The notes: a model not told the origin generated them from the sequence alone. A DNA stretch of 32,000 nucleotides from Candidatus Saccharimonadota bacterium (GCF_008189285.1 NZ_CP043315.1:180001-212000), one strand, 5' to 3'; shown: positions 16,989 through 30,100, counted from the first letter of the stretch. Numbers and translations are program-made.

Positions 16989-18838
16989 ATAGAAATAACA
17001 ATAATTTCAGAAAAAATAATAATTTCAGAAATAAAATAGTGCAAAGTAAAGAAAATACATCTTTTGATATAGATAATAATTCTCTTTGTTTCGTCCCATT
17101 GGGCGGATCTGGAGAATTTGGACTAAATTTAAATTTGTACCATTGCAACGGAAAATGGATTCTTGTCGATTTGGGAATGAGTTTTGAAGACCTTCCTGGA
17201 TCAAATATAATATTGCCAGATATAAGCTTTATCAAAACTTTGAATCATGAAGATATATTGGGGCTTGTCATTACTCATGGACATGAGGATCATATAGGAG
17301 CAATTCCCCATCTTATCAAAGAGTTGAATATTCCTATATTTGCAAACCCATTTACATCTTCTCTAATTAAGAAGAAATTAGTGGATCATGGGGTAAAAGC
17401 TACTCTTAATACAGTTGAAATGGGTAAAGAATTTTCTCTTGATCCGTTCAAAGTTAAATTGATTAATGTTACTCACTCAATTCCTGAAAGTGCGATGGTT
17501 TACATTAAAACTCCTTTGGGAAATATAATGCATACTGGTGATTGGAAATTGGATGAAACTCCTGTTGTTGGAGATAAAACTGATTACAAATCACTAGAAT
17601 CTGCAGCTAAAGATGGTATTTTGGTTGCTGTATCTGACTCAACAAATGCTATGATAGACACTGAAACTGTATCTGAAGAAGCAGTAAAGAAATCTATTGA
17701 AAAAATAATTGCTCAACTTGATAAAAATAGAATAGCGATGGCATGTTTTGCTTCTAATGTATCAAGAATTGATTCATGTGCTAGATTAGCGCAAAAATAT
17801 GGAAGAAAAGTTGCTCTTGTAGGAAGATCTATTCATAAAATAAAAGAATCTGCCTATGAGCATGGATATTTCAACAATTTGCCTGATTTCTTGACAGAAG
17901 AAGAAGGGTACAGAATGCATAAAGATAAAATATTGTTTATATGCACAGGATCACAAGGTGAGCCAAACTCTGGATTGAAGAGATTATCTGAGAATGATCA
18001 TGCAAAAATTAAATTGGATAAAGATGATACAGTTATTATTGCTTCCAAGACAATTATTGGAAGAGAAAAAGAAGTATCTGAAATGTTGAATAATTTTGCA
18101 AAGAACAATGTGACTGTTATAACATATTCAGATGAAAATCCAATTCATGCTTCTGGACATCCTGTAAGAGATGATCTTAAGAAAATGTACAAGATTTTGA
18201 AACCAAAATTCTTGGTTCCTGTGCATGGAGAAAGATTGCAACAAAATGCACATGCAGCACTTGGTGAAGGTATGGGAATTAAATCTGCTGTTGTTAAAAA
18301 TGGTGATGTTCTTAGAATAGACCTAGGTGGAATGCGCATAATTCATAATTTCCATGTTTCTAAATCTGTTTTGGATGGAAAAGGAATTGTCCCATATAAC
18401 GGACAAACAATGAGTGAAAGATATTGGCTAGAAAATGGATGTGTTTTTGTTAGTGTTCTAATTGGAAGCAAGGGATACTTTAAGTTGATCACAACATTTT
18501 CAGGAATATGCGAACAATTTGATCCATTGAAAGAAAATATCAAAGAAAGCATAAGAAAAGTTATTGCAGGACTGGATCAAGAAGACAGAAAAGTTCAGAA
18601 AAAACTTGCAGGAACGATCAGGAAGGCAATAAAATACACAATGTTTGATTTGCGTGGAAAAGATCCTGCTGTATTTGTACATTCTACCATATTGGACAAA
18701 AGACCTCCTGTATCTATAAATAAAGAAGGCAGAGAGGTTAGAGGAAACAATAATTCTAAAGAAAATAGAAACATTAAAGAAGATAAAGACATGCAAATTG
18801 ATATAGTAGAAGAGAGAGAATCAGATACTTTAGACTGA
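16985..18838 (+). CDS. rnj: Ribonuclease J (metallo-beta-lactamase / beta-CASP)
   Basis: FVPLGGSGEFGLNLNLY, the HxHxDH motif (ITHGHEDHIGAIP), and beta-CASP-type DSTN, HASGH and VPVHGE. The ATGA overlaps the murA stop. Low-complexity Asn-rich N- and C-terminal extensions are present. Confidence 0.9.
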   Translation: MNRNNNNFRKNNNFRNKIVQSKENTSFDIDNNSLCFVPLGGSGEFGLNLNLYHCNGKWILVDLGMSFEDLPGSNIILPDISFIKTLNHEDILGLVITHGHEDHIGAIPHLIKELNIPIFANPFTSSLIKKKLVDHGVKATLNTVEMGKEFSLDPFKVKLINVTHSIPESAMVYIKTPLGNIMHTGDWKLDETPVVGDKTDYKSLESAAKDGILVAVSDSTNAMIDTETVSEEAVKKSIEKIIAQLDKNRIAMACFASNVSRIDSCARLAQKYGRKVALVGRSIHKIKESAYEHGYFNNLPDFLTEEEGYRMHKDKILFICTGSQGEPNSGLKRLSENDHAKIKLDKDDTVIIASKTIIGREKEVSEMLNNFAKNNVTVITYSDENPIHASGHPVRDDLKKMYKILKPKFLVPVHGERLQQNAHAALGEGMGIKSAVVKNGDVLRIDLGGMRIIHNFHVSKSVLDGKGIVPYNGQTMSERYWLENGCVFVSVLIGSKGYFKLITTFSGICEQFDPLKENIKESIRKVIAGLDQEDRKVQKKLAGTIRKAIKYTMFDLRGKDPAVFVHSTILDKRPPVSINKEGREVRGNNNSKENRNIKEDKDMQIDIVEERESDTLD

Positions 18839-18949
18839 TTTTTTCAATAAAAGCTTCAAATATCAATCATGAAAATGCAAATTGTTTGTATTTGAATTTA
18901 TAGATATTATTTAGATATCTGCAATTCTATTATTTGATCTTGCAAATAA

Positions 18950-19790
18950 TTCAATTTATTTTCTAAAATCCACCTTGACTTACATTGGTGCTTCAGATTA
19001 TTTTTTAATTTCTATAACTCTAGAATTTAATTTTGTTTTGAGTTTTTAAAGATTTTATCTTCTTGAAACTCTTTAAGTCTTATCATTTAGTCATTTTTTT
19101 TTAACTTCTAGAAATTCTTCATATATTTGCAATGCTTTAGCTTGCTTTTTAGATTTAACTTTAGTTGTCAAGCATTTATAGATAGGTTAGATATGTAGTT
19201 TTGGCTTATTAAATACAGGAAGTTTTCATGATTCATTTTATAAATTTATATGCATTTGCGATAATTGTATTTCATCGATTTTGCTATTATATTGAATTTC
19301 AGATAAATTTTCTAATCAAACAAAATAATTATCATTAAGTAATAAGAATTAATCGAAGAATATGATTTTTATGCTTGGCATTTTGTCATTATAATGAGGA
19401 AAAGTTTATATAAATTGATCTTTTTTGATTGTATAAATATATTGTAATGAATTATGATCTATAGTCGATTTATTTTCATTCAATTTATTTTTCATCTTAT
19501 GAAACTTCAGCATTTGGATTTATTTTTTGATTTTAGAAATTTCTGAGTTGTTTATAATTTTGTAATTTGAGCTTGCAATCCTTCAATTATTTATTTTTCA
19601 GTTGATATAATTTTTATATTTAGCTATACTTTTCAGGCTTTTAGAGATTTTTGAATAACTTTATATTCTTAAATTTTCCTTCCAAATCAATCTTGAGATT
19701 ATTGAAAACTTCTCAATCTTCTTGCTTTAGTTTGATTGTTCAAATTTTGCAATTTGATTTCATGTCTATATCCGCTCTTTTGATTATCAT
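18950..19790 (-). pseudogene. Decayed paralog of the giant coiled-coil repeat gene (boundaries approximate)
   Basis: There is no ORF of 60 aa or more on either strand. The + strand is T-rich, so the minus strand has the A-rich coding-like composition. The reverse complement of 19106-19144 matches 27449-27487 of the giant gene at 35/39 nt, followed by a shared aaaaatga. Minus-strand translations give coiled-coil-like peptides interrupted by stops. Confidence 0.55.
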
Positions 19791-20212
19791 TAAAAAGATA
19801 GATTTGCATCTTTGACTCTTTTTTGAAAAATATTTAATTCAAGAAATTATTTAATTAAAGCGTTCTGCAATTAATCAAAGTATATAACATATAAACTGCA
19901 TGACTTCTTTTGCATAAATTGGAAAGATTTTTCATTAAATAAAAGTGCTTATATTTTCAATGAATTAGATATATTGAATTTTGTAAAGCATTTTTTGTGC
20001 CAATATTTTCATTATTTTATTTGTAGATTTTAAGAAATACATTAAATTAATACATAAAGAATATTAAAACTATATTGTTAATGTATTCAATTTTCGCAAG
20101 CTGTAGTGCGATAGTTATGAATTAAGATAGAGTTGTTGATTGCGAACTGAGCTTAGTTGAAAGTAGGGCATGGGGTTGAAAAGTAAATGCGTTGCTCAAA
20201 TTGCAAATATAA

Positions 20213-20975
20213 AGAAATGAATATGCAGAGAAGAAAGATGATGAAGAAATTCTTAAGAATGCTTTATCTGAAAAAATAGCTAGTGGAAATTATATTAGAG
20301 ATGATGGAAGAAATTATGTTAGAGAAAGAAAATTGTATGGAATGTTGAATGCAATTAAATTTGAAATGAATTATTTAGGAAGTCCATTTTAAATAGCTAA
20401 ATATTCAGAGAATTCAATAACAATGAATCAAGGAAATGCCATTAAAATATTGAGAAAACCTTATGCTCATTATGATGAAGAGACATGGATAGATGATGGA
20501 TATGCAATAAAAAAGGAAAATCATTGCTCAATTATTAAGGAAGAGAAGCAGACAGAGATTTTAGAGATTTTAGAAATAAAAAAAGTTGTTTTCCAGCCAC
20601 TATCTTTAGATGAGCACGCTATTATAGAAAAGAATTCTTCTATGAGCATAGAATTAACAAAAAATAAAAGAGTTGAGAGAAAAATTTCAAAATGATCTTG
20701 AAGAAATTGACAGGCAAGGAAATTTTATGATTCGTGAAATGCTAATTGGGAGAATAGTAGTAGAAGCTAAATCAAATAATGGGATAAAAATACAGAAGAA
20801 GATATTTTGTAAACAACACTTTGCAGAATTTTGTAGCATTATCAATGCAAATAGTAAAAATAATTACGGGGTTCCAAATGACATGAGTGATAAAAAATAT
20901 CTCGAGAATGTAGTAGGGGTCCCAAAATATCCAATGGCAAGCGAAGAAGAATATTTGAAATTTCAAGCGTTATAA
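20213..20975 (+). pseudogene. Disrupted gene of unknown function (lost start, one in-frame stop, one frameshift)
   Basis: The open frame 20213-20392 has no start codon and is in the same frame as ORF 20423-20695, separated by a TAA at 20390. ORF 20673-20975 continues in another frame after the A-rich tract acaaaaaataaaag (about 20658-20671). Confidence 0.5.
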
Positions 20976-21022
20976 AGGCGCAAATGGACAAAACTCTCTA
21001 ATCCTAATATAATTCCTTTATA

Positions 21023-23575
21023 ATGGAAAAAAATTTAGATCAACCTAACTTAAAGCAAAAGATTTTTGAAGAAGAGCTGCAGTCTTCATATTTAGATTAT
21101 GCGATGAGTGTTATAACTAGCAGGGCAGTACCTGATGCTTATGATGGATTGAAGCCAGTTCAAAGAAGAATTTTATATTCCATGGTAGAAACTAATTGTA
21201 TGCCAGAGAATCCTCACAGAAAATCTGCTCGTATTGTTGGTGATGTTTTGGGTAAGTATCACCCTCATGGAGACTCTGCAATTTATGATGCAATGGCAAG
21301 AATGGCTCAAGATTTCTCTATATACGCGCCATTGATTGATGGTCAAGGTAACTTTGGTTCTATTGATGGAGATAAGCCTGCTTCTATGCGTTATACTGAG
21401 GCTCGTCTTGCAAAGATTGCGAAGTATCTTTTAGAAGATTATGACAAAGATACAGTTGATATGTATCCTAACTATGATGGAACTCTTGAAATTCCTGAAG
21501 TATTGCCGGCTCGTTTCCCTAATTTATTAGTTAATGGAGCTAGTGGTATTGCTGTTGGAATGGCTACATCTATACCTACACACAATTTATCTGAAGTAAT
21601 AGATGCTACATGTGCTTTTATTGACAATAGAAATTTAACCTCAATAGAGTTGATGCAATATATTCCTGCTCCTGATTTTCCATTAGGTGGAGTGATTTTT
21701 AAAGGCAGCGGCTTAATAGATATTTACACAAAAGGAAGGGGAAGTTTTACTGCAAGAGGAAAAATGCATCAAGAAGTTGTAAATGGAAGAAATGCTCTTG
21801 TAATTACTTCAATACCTTATCAAGTTAATAAAGAAAATTTGATGGATAAAGTTGCTGATTTAATGCAAACAGAGATTTTGAATAGCATTCATATATTTAG
21901 AGATGAGTCAAATAAAGATGGAATGAGAGTGGTTCTAGAATTGAAAAAAGATGCTGAGCCTAATTTGATGACTAGTAGAATCTATAAATTCACTCAAATG
22001 CAAGTTTCTGTTCATGCTAATATATTGGCCTTGCATAATAATAGGCCAAAACAATTAAATTTAAAGCAATGTTTGGATATTTTTCTTGATTATAGAGAAG
22101 AAGTCCTTATAAGAAAAACAAAATTCTTCTTAAATAGCGATAGAATAAAAGCGCATGTTTTGTGGGGATTGCTTTTGGCAGTTAAAAAATTAGATGAAAT
22201 TGTTCATTGCATAAAAACTTCTAAAGACACACAAGAAGCGCAAGGTCGTTTGCAACAAATGGAATGGTCTTGGGATGATATTAAAGGATATCTTAACTGC
22301 ATTAGTGAGAGCTGTGAGCCTGTAGACCAATATTTCTTTTCTGAAGAGCAAGCAAAAGCAATATTGAATCTTAGGTTGAGCAAATTAACAGGTCTTGAAA
22401 GAAACAAATTATTAGATCAATTAGAAGCATTAGGAGAAAACATAAGAGAGTATCTAAAAATTCTTAATGATCGTAGTGAGAGATTTAGAATTATTAAAGA
22501 TGATTTATTAGAAATTAAAAGATTGTTTGGAAATCCTAGAAGAACAGATCTTGATATTAATTTAGAAGAAATGACTGATGAATCCTACATTACATCAGAA
22601 GATATGGTCGTTACTTTGAGTAGTAATAAGGGTTATGTAAAAAGCATGCCTTTGTCTTCATATAGATTGCAAAAACGTGGAGGAAAAGGAAAGATCGGCA
22701 TGGTGTCAGATGATCCTGTAGAGCATATGTTTGTTGCAAACACCCATCAAGAAGTAATTTTCTTCAGTAGTTTGGGATATTCATATTCCATGAAAGTTTA
22801 TAGATTGCCAACTGTTAGCGCAGGAGGTAATAAAGGTAGAGCATTAGTGAACTTTTTCCCTCTAGGTGGAAATGAAAAAATTATGAGCTCATTAGCGCTT
22901 CCTCTTGAGATTGATGATAAAAATACTATGATTTTCATAACTTCAAAAGGATATGTAAGAAGAAATGCAATTAGCGATTTCCAAGGAATTAGATCAAACG
23001 GAAAAATTGCTATGAAACTTGGAGATGATGAGAGATTAATTGGCGCAATGATTTGCAGCGACGACGATGATATGTTGCTGACATCATCTGCTGGAAAAGT
23101 TGTAAGATTTTCTATAAAAGACGTTAGAATATTTAATAGCAGATCATCTCATGGAGTTATTGGTATGAATTTATCTGGAGATGAAGATAATCAAATTGTT
23201 TCTGCAACTCTAATTAGCCCAGAAGATAAAGCAATGATTTTGACTGTTAGTGAAAATGGATATGGAAAGCGTAGTGAAGAAAGTAATTACAGAAGATCTA
23301 AACGTGGAGCAAAAGGTGTTTCAGCGTTAGATGTGACAAAAAAGACAGGAAAAGTTGTTGGAGCATATAGAATAGATAGCAATAGTGAGATTTTGATGAT
23401 GAGTGAAAATGGACAAATAATCAGATGTGGATCAAATGAAATACGAGTTGCAAGTAGAAAAACACAAGGCGTGCGATTGGCTAGATTAGATAATGATAAG
23501 CTAGTGAAAGTAGTTGCGATGAATGAAATAGAAATAGATGACAAAGAAGAAGGGGACGAGGAAAACAATCAATAA
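21023..23575 (+). CDS. gyrA: DNA gyrase subunit A
   Basis: [31 protein letters not shown], a QRDR of [12 protein letters not shown], and an active-site region SMRYTEARL. 850 aa with a C-terminal acidic tail. Confidence 0.97.
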   Translation: MEKNLDQPNLKQKIFEEELQSSYLDYAMSVITSRAVPDAYDGLKPVQRRILYSMVETNCMPENPHRKSARIVGDVLGKYHPHGDSAIYDAMARMAQDFSIYAPLIDGQGNFGSIDGDKPASMRYTEARLAKIAKYLLEDYDKDTVDMYPNYDGTLEIPEVLPARFPNLLVNGASGIAVGMATSIPTHNLSEVIDATCAFIDNRNLTSIELMQYIPAPDFPLGGVIFKGSGLIDIYTKGRGSFTARGKMHQEVVNGRNALVITSIPYQVNKENLMDKVADLMQTEILNSIHIFRDESNKDGMRVVLELKKDAEPNLMTSRIYKFTQMQVSVHANILALHNNRPKQLNLKQCLDIFLDYREEVLIRKTKFFLNSDRIKAHVLWGLLLAVKKLDEIVHCIKTSKDTQEAQGRLQQMEWSWDDIKGYLNCISESCEPVDQYFFSEEQAKAILNLRLSKLTGLERNKLLDQLEALGENIREYLKILNDRSERFRIIKDDLLEIKRLFGNPRRTDLDINLEEMTDESYITSEDMVVTLSSNKGYVKSMPLSSYRLQKRGGKGKIGMVSDDPVEHMFVANTHQEVIFFSSLGYSYSMKVYRLPTVSAGGNKGRALVNFFPLGGNEKIMSSLALPLEIDDKNTMIFITSKGYVRRNAISDFQGIRSNGKIAMKLGDDERLIGAMICSDDDDMLLTSSAGKVVRFSIKDVRIFNSRSSHGVIGMNLSGDEDNQIVSATLISPEDKAMILTVSENGYGKRSEESNYRRSKRGAKGVSALDVTKKTGKVVGAYRIDSNSEILMMSENGQIIRCGSNEIRVASRKTQGVRLARLDNDKLVKVVAMNEIEIDDKEEGDEENNQ

Positions 23576-23755
23576 AAATTGATTTTTCTGACAAGAGGTC
23601 ATTTTACTTATCTTGCTTATCTTGACTTCCTTTATTTTGCTAAAGATAGGCATTATACTAAATTTTGCTAATTTAAATTGTTAATTAAATTTATTAGTTT
23701 TAAATTATGAAATGAATATTATGTTTAAAAAGAAAATTATTCAACAAATAGAATT

Positions 23756-23828
23756 TGCCGGATATCGGAATCGAACCAATGACCTACTGATTACAAATCA
23801 GTCGCTCTGCCAACTGAGCTAATCCGGC
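23756..23828 (-). tRNA. tRNA-Thr (UGU)
   Basis: The reverse complement folds as follows. Acceptor GCCGGAT/ATCCGGC, D arm GCTC..GAGC, anticodon stem ACTGA/TCAGT with loop TTTGTAA (TGT), T arm ATTGG-TTCGATT-CCGAT, discriminator A. Confidence 0.9.
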
Positions 23829-24115
23829 AATAAAAGTATTATACTTAAAAAAGAAAAATTATTCAATAAATAGCTTTTAAATTTATTAATATTTTTAAAA
23901 ATCAAACTTATCAATATTGTGCAAAATAAATCAATAATGCTGCAAAAATAAAGAAAAATCAGTGATTTCAGATTTTAATAGATCATTTGCCTTCAATGGA
24001 AAAAACAAGCTATTGTCTTCAGTTTGATTGGAAGTATTGGTAATTATAGAAAATCACTTCTTAATTACAAATGATCAGCATTTCAATTTTGTTAATTAAT
24101 TGTTAATATAATAGC

Positions 24116-27100
24116 ATGAAGCATAATGCAAAACTTTTATTATTGTTAACCTCATCTATTTTTGCAATCACTGATGAGACAAGCACAAACAGAATGGATA
24201 TATCGGGCCAAACTTTCAAAAGATGTGACGAATTATCCAATGTGATTAATTTTCATAAACATGAGAATCTTGAGAGAGATTTTGGAAGTAGAGATAAAAT
24301 TGAAGATTTATCAAATATAGTTTCAAGTTGTTTGAATGATTGTATAAATAAAATAGATAATTTAATTGGCGCAGTAGTTCAAAAAGAAGGATTTTCATTT
24401 TTAGTTACTCAAGATGAAATTATTGATGTGTCTAATAGCAAATTGATGAACAAAATCCTCAAACTTGTATACATAGGAGGAATTACTAAAGCGTATCAAT
24501 TTGATAAAAATGCATGGGAAAGAATTCCTTCGCGATACAGAAATAGAGCTAATTTATACAAGAGAAGCGATGATATTAAGTGGGATGACATAAGTGAAAA
24601 TGGAAAATATATGTCAGACATTGTTGAGAAGATATTAAATGGGAGAGATTACTCCTGGAGCTCTTTTAGAACTTCAGAGGTATCATCACCTAATCGCTCA
24701 GGAAATGGAACTCCAGTAGAAAAAACTTTAAGTAAAATCGTTAATCCAGAATTGGAAAGCGAAGATAAGATTGTTCCAGTTACATTGAAGAAAGCATACG
24801 ATGCATCAACTTTGACAGATGCTCTAGATACCCAAGCTAAGAAAGTGGAATTATTAGTTCAAGAGCAAAGCTTAGTATCTAGTCAAATTAATCCTGTAGA
24901 GCTATTTACAATGCAATCAGAATTGAAATCATTATTAAATCAAGATAGCAGAGTTGTGTCATTAGTTGAACAACAATCAGAATTATTCCAAATTAAGGTT
25001 GAAGAAAAAACAGATGCTGATATGCAAACTGAGCAAATAGAAGAATATAAAATTGAAAATATTATTGCAAAATTAATTAAAAATGAAGAAGAGAGTAGAA
25101 AAAAAATTGATGATGAGCGATTGTTTTATGAGGCAATTTTAAGTAAATTTATTGATTATGCAAAATTAATTGATATGAAAAATTCAACAAAAATATCTGA
25201 ATTAGAGGCTAAATCTGAAGAAAAAGCTAAAGAAATTACAGAATTGCAAATAGCTCTAGAAGCTAAAGCCGAAGCATTGAAAATAGCTAAAGCAGAAGCT
25301 GAAAATCAAGCTAAAGAATTACAAGCAAATCTAGAAGCTAAAGCCGAAGAATTGAAAATAGCTAAAGATGAGGCTGAAAAACAAAAAGTATCTCTAGAAT
25401 CTCAAGTTAAAGAATTGCAAACAGTTCAAGTAGAAGTTGAAAAGCAAGCTAAAGAATTGCAAACAGAGCTAAATGCTAAAGCCGAAGAATTGCAAGCAGC
25501 TAAAGTAGAAGTTGAAGCTCAAAAAGTATCTCTAGAATCTCAAGTTAAGGAATTGCAAACAATTCAAGCAGAAGCTGAAAAGCAAGCTAAAGAATTGCAA
25601 ATAGCTCTAGAAGCTAAAGCTGAAGAAAAAGCTAAAGAAATTACAGCATTGCAAACAAATCTAGAAGCTAAAAATGAAGAATCTAAGAAGCAAGTTGAAG
25701 AATTGAAAATAGCTAAAGATGAAGCTGAAAAGCAAGCTCAAGAATTGCAAACAAATCTAGAGGTTCAAGCTCAAGAATTGCAAGTAGCTAAAGCAGACGC
25801 CGAAGGTAAAATTCAAGAACTAGAATCTCAAGCTGAAGAATTGCAAACAGTTCAAGCAGAAGCAGAAGCTCAAAAAATAGCTCTAGAGGCTAAAACCGAA
25901 GTATTGCAAGCAGAGCTAAATGTTAAAACCGAAGAGTTACAAGTAGCTAAAGCAGACGCCGAAGGTAAAATTCAAGAACTAGAATCTCAAGCTAAAGAAT
26001 TACAAACAATTCAAGCAGAAGCTGAAACTAAGATTCAAGAAAAAACTCAAGAACTAGGAGCCAAAGCTGAGGAATTGAAAATAGCTAAAGCAGAAGCTGA
26101 AAATCAAGCTAAAGAATTGCAAACAGAGCTAAATGTTAAAACTGAAGCATTGCAAATAGCTAAAGCAGAAGTTGAAAATCAAGCTAAAGAATTGCAAACA
26201 GAGCTAAATGCTAAAACTGAAGCATTGCAAATAGCTAAAGATGAGGCTGAAGCTCAAAAAGTATCTCTAGAATTTCAAGCTAAAGAATTGCAAACAATTC
26301 AAGTAGATACTGATATACAAGCTCAAGCATTACAAATAGCTCTAGAATCTCAAGTTAAAGAATTGCAGACAGTTCAAGCAGAATCTGAAAATCAAGCTAA
26401 AGAATTACAAGAAGAGCTAAATGTTAAAACCGAAGCATTGCAAACAGCTAGAGCAGATGCTGAAAAGCAAGCTAAAGAATTACAAGCAAATCTAGAAGCT
26501 AAAACCGAAGCATTGCAAGCAGCTAAAGTAGAAGTTGAAGCTCAAAAAGTATCTCTAGAATTTCAAGCTAAAGAATTACAAACAATTCAAGAAGAAGCTG
26601 AAAAGCAAGCTAAAGAATTGCAAACAGAGCTAAATGCTAAAGCCGAAGAATTGCAAATAGCTCTAGAAGCTAAAGCCGAAGCATTGCAAACAGCTAAAGC
26701 AGAAGTTGAAGCTCAAAAAGTATCTCTAGAATCTCAAGCTAAAGAATTGCAAACAATTCAAGCAGAAGCTGAAAAGCAAGCTAAAGAATTGCAAGCAAAT
26801 CTAGAAGCTAAAGCCGAAGAATTGAAAATAGCTAAAGATGAGGCTGAAAAACAAAAAGTATCTCTAGAATTTCAAGCTAAAGAATTGCAAACAGAGCTAA
26901 ATGCTAAAACCGAAGCATTGCAAACAGCTAAAAATGAGGCTGAAAAACAAAAAATATCTCTAGAATCTCAAGCTAAAGAATTGCAAACAGTTCAAGTAGA
27001 AGTTGAAAAGCAAGCTAAAGAATTGCAAACAGTTCAAGTGGAAGTTGAAAAGCAAGCTAAAGAATTGCAAACAGAGCTAAATGCTAAAGCCGAAGAATTG

Positions 27101-30100
27101 CAAGCAAATCTAGAAGCTAAAGCCGAAGAATTGAAAATAGCTAAAGATGAGGCTGAAAAACAAAAAGTATCTCTAGAATTTCAAGCTAAAGAATTGCAAA
27201 CAGAGCTAAATGCTAAAACCGAAGCATTGCAAACAGCTAAAAATGAGGCTGAAAAACAAAAAATATCTCTAGAATCTCAAGTTAAAGAATTGCAAACAGT
27301 TCAAGTAGAAGTTGAAAAGCAAGCTAAAGAATTGCAAACAGAGCTAAATGCTAAAGCCGAAGAATTGCAAATAGCTCTAGAAGCTAAAACTGAAGCATTG
27401 CAAATAGCTAAAGATGAGGCTGAAAAACAAAAAGTATCTCTAGAATCTCAAGCTAAAGAATTGCAAACATCTAAAGAATTTCTAGAAAAAAATGAAAGAT
27501 TATTAATAGAGAAAGATCGTGAGCTTGCTATGTGTGAAATTAATGACCATGAAGTTTTTGATAGAGAGAAATTAGAAGCAAAGGAAAAATTTGAAATGAC
27601 TTTTGATAATTTTAGAAAAGCTTTAGAAGAATTTGAAATCTGTCAAAGATCATTAATAGAGCTTGAAGAAGCTAAAGAAGCTCTGGAAATTCAAGAAAAC
27701 CTAAGAGAATTGGAAGTTTTGCGAAGCAATCAAGTTGAATTTTCAGAAAAAGAAACTCAAACAGAGTCAAAAGCTAAAAAAAGAATAGTTAAAAAAAGAA
27801 ATGAGATTGAAGGAGCTATAAGTGGACAAAGTTCCAAAGTTGATCAAGAAAATAGAAGTAAAAATTTAGAACAAGATAAGTCATGCTCAGTTAATTCGCC
27901 TACACAAGACGTATCTATTTTATCTATAAATTCACTGCGCCCTAATCCTGAAGATGCGCATGCAGGAGATCATTCACTTCATGAATTAAATGTTAGCCTT
28001 CCTGTAGAAAAAACAGGTCAAGATTCAGAAAGTCAAAAAAGCGTTGATCCTCAAGAAAGTTTTGCTTTATTTGTTGAAGAGGGTAGCGGTATACAGGAAG
28101 GCTGCCAAGAAGATCAAGATGATTTGAATAAAAAAAGTATTGAAAGTGAAGAAGAAAAAGAATTTAGAGAAATAGAGAAACAGTTTTTTAGCAATAAATT
28201 GTTTCAAAGTTTTGTTTTAGACAAAGTTAGCTCTGATATAAGCAGAATGAACTCTATTTGTGAAAATGCAAAAAATAAGAACACTTCTCAATTGATTGAA
28301 TTTATTTCTAAAGAATATCCTGGTCTATTAGTTGGGATTGATAGTAGTTTGAAAAAGGAAATTGATGCAGAAAGCAGCAACAGTAAATTAAAATATATAG
28401 TAGAGAATATTAAGAGCAATCTTGCATTATATGACAAAGTAGTGAAGATTGAAGAATTTATAGGATCAAATGAGATTGTCATTAATGAAGAAAATAAAGA
28501 GAAATTAGGTGCATTGCATAATGAGCTAAATAAATTAATGGACCATGTAGCGCGCATTGAATCCACTGCAAGCGTTGAAGATGTGTCAAAAAAATTAGAA
28601 CGCCTTTACATGAAAATGGAAAGCGAAATTCAATCGAAGAAAAATTCAGAAAAATTGAGCAATGTGTTTAAAATGCATGAAGATTTAAAGGGATTGTTTA
28701 GTGATCTGTATTATAAAGCATCATCTTTTATTGATGTGTTGAGTTATAAATACACAAAAGGTGGCAAATCTTGCAAAGAATATACTCCAGAAGATAAATT
28801 TCAAGAAATCAATGCAATGTTTGAAGGAGGGGTTAATATTCCAACTTCAATCAAAAAATCTATACTTGACAAACTAAGAGATTTGGAAATTTTCAAAGGA
28901 ATTGAAGGAATGAATGCATATGAGATGGTTTGCAAAATGATTGAAGAGCTGAAAAAGCAAGAAGAGCTTTTGCCTGTGTTTGTTTGTGATAAATATGGAG
29001 TTGGAAAAACAAAGGCTCATCATAATAAATTTACTTATGAAGAAGAAAAAGCATGGGATTGCATTCAAAAATCTTTAAATGTATTTGAAGAATTGAGCAA
29101 TTTGCTTCAAGCGAAACAAATAATGAATGATGGTCAAGTAAACGAAGTAAGTAAAAAAATAGAAAAATTTGCAGAATCAATTGGGAAATTGATCGCTGTA
29201 CAAGAGAAAAAACAACGCAACCCTGTTTCCAAGATAGATTCAGGAAAAAGGAAGAAAGACAATAAAAAGAAAATAGAAAATATCCAAGTATCAGAAGTTA
29301 AAATTTGCAAAGCACTTAATGAATTTAGTGCAATGGAAATTGATTTGACCAAAAAAAACAAAGATAAAATTACAAAACATGAGAGCGCTATAAATGAATC
29401 AGTAAAATACATTCAAGATGAATTTAGTAAATTGCATGAATTAGATGTTAATACATTCATTTTTGATTGTGTTGATTCTATTGCAGTGAGCCAAGAAAAG
29501 AAAAATCAAGACGAAGCAGCAAATAAAAGGGCAGAGCAATATGGAAAAAATCTTGGAAAATTTTATGATATAACGGGGAAAATTATTGACTCTTATATGA
29601 GTTATAAAACATATATATGCGATAACGAAATACCCATTGCCTTAGATTTGAGCAAGCAAATTTTTGTTTTGTCATTAAGGACATCATTAAGATCTGATTT
29701 AATAACAAAGCTTCTTGATCTTCCATATCGAACTGAAGGCAATGTTTTCACAGAGGGTAGTATTGATAATATTCCTAAATTCTTTTACCATTGCATACAA
29801 GATTCTGCATTTGCAAAAGCATTGGATAATATGATTATAAGCAATCCTTCTATTGGTAAAAATTATATTGCTGGTGCTAAGAAACGCTCAGAAAATGTTG
29901 AGTACAATGTAGATGCGCTTAGAGAAGCTAAAAATAATTTGGAAGCATCTCTTAATAGACGATCTATTCGTGCAAGAGCTTCTCTTGGTGGGAAAAATAC
30001 AATTGAAAGACAGCTGTCTAAAAATGATTTAACTTCACATGAAAAGCCAGAAAATACACAAAGTACTGTAAGAAATTTAACAGCAGAATTAAATGGAGCG

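Noticed and set aside
16985-17060. Asn-rich N-terminal extension of RNase J with an 18-bp tandem repeat (NNNFRKNNNFRN)
   Set aside because: This is the kind of AT-bias-driven low-complexity insertion expected in a genome this AT-rich. The catalytic motifs are unaffected and nothing suggests a separate function.
25200-27470. A regular repeat array that could superficially be mistaken for a CRISPR or satellite locus
   Set aside because: The repeats are contiguous with no unique spacers and are degenerate at the DNA level. They maintain one long open reading frame encoding heptad-like peptides, and there are no cas genes.
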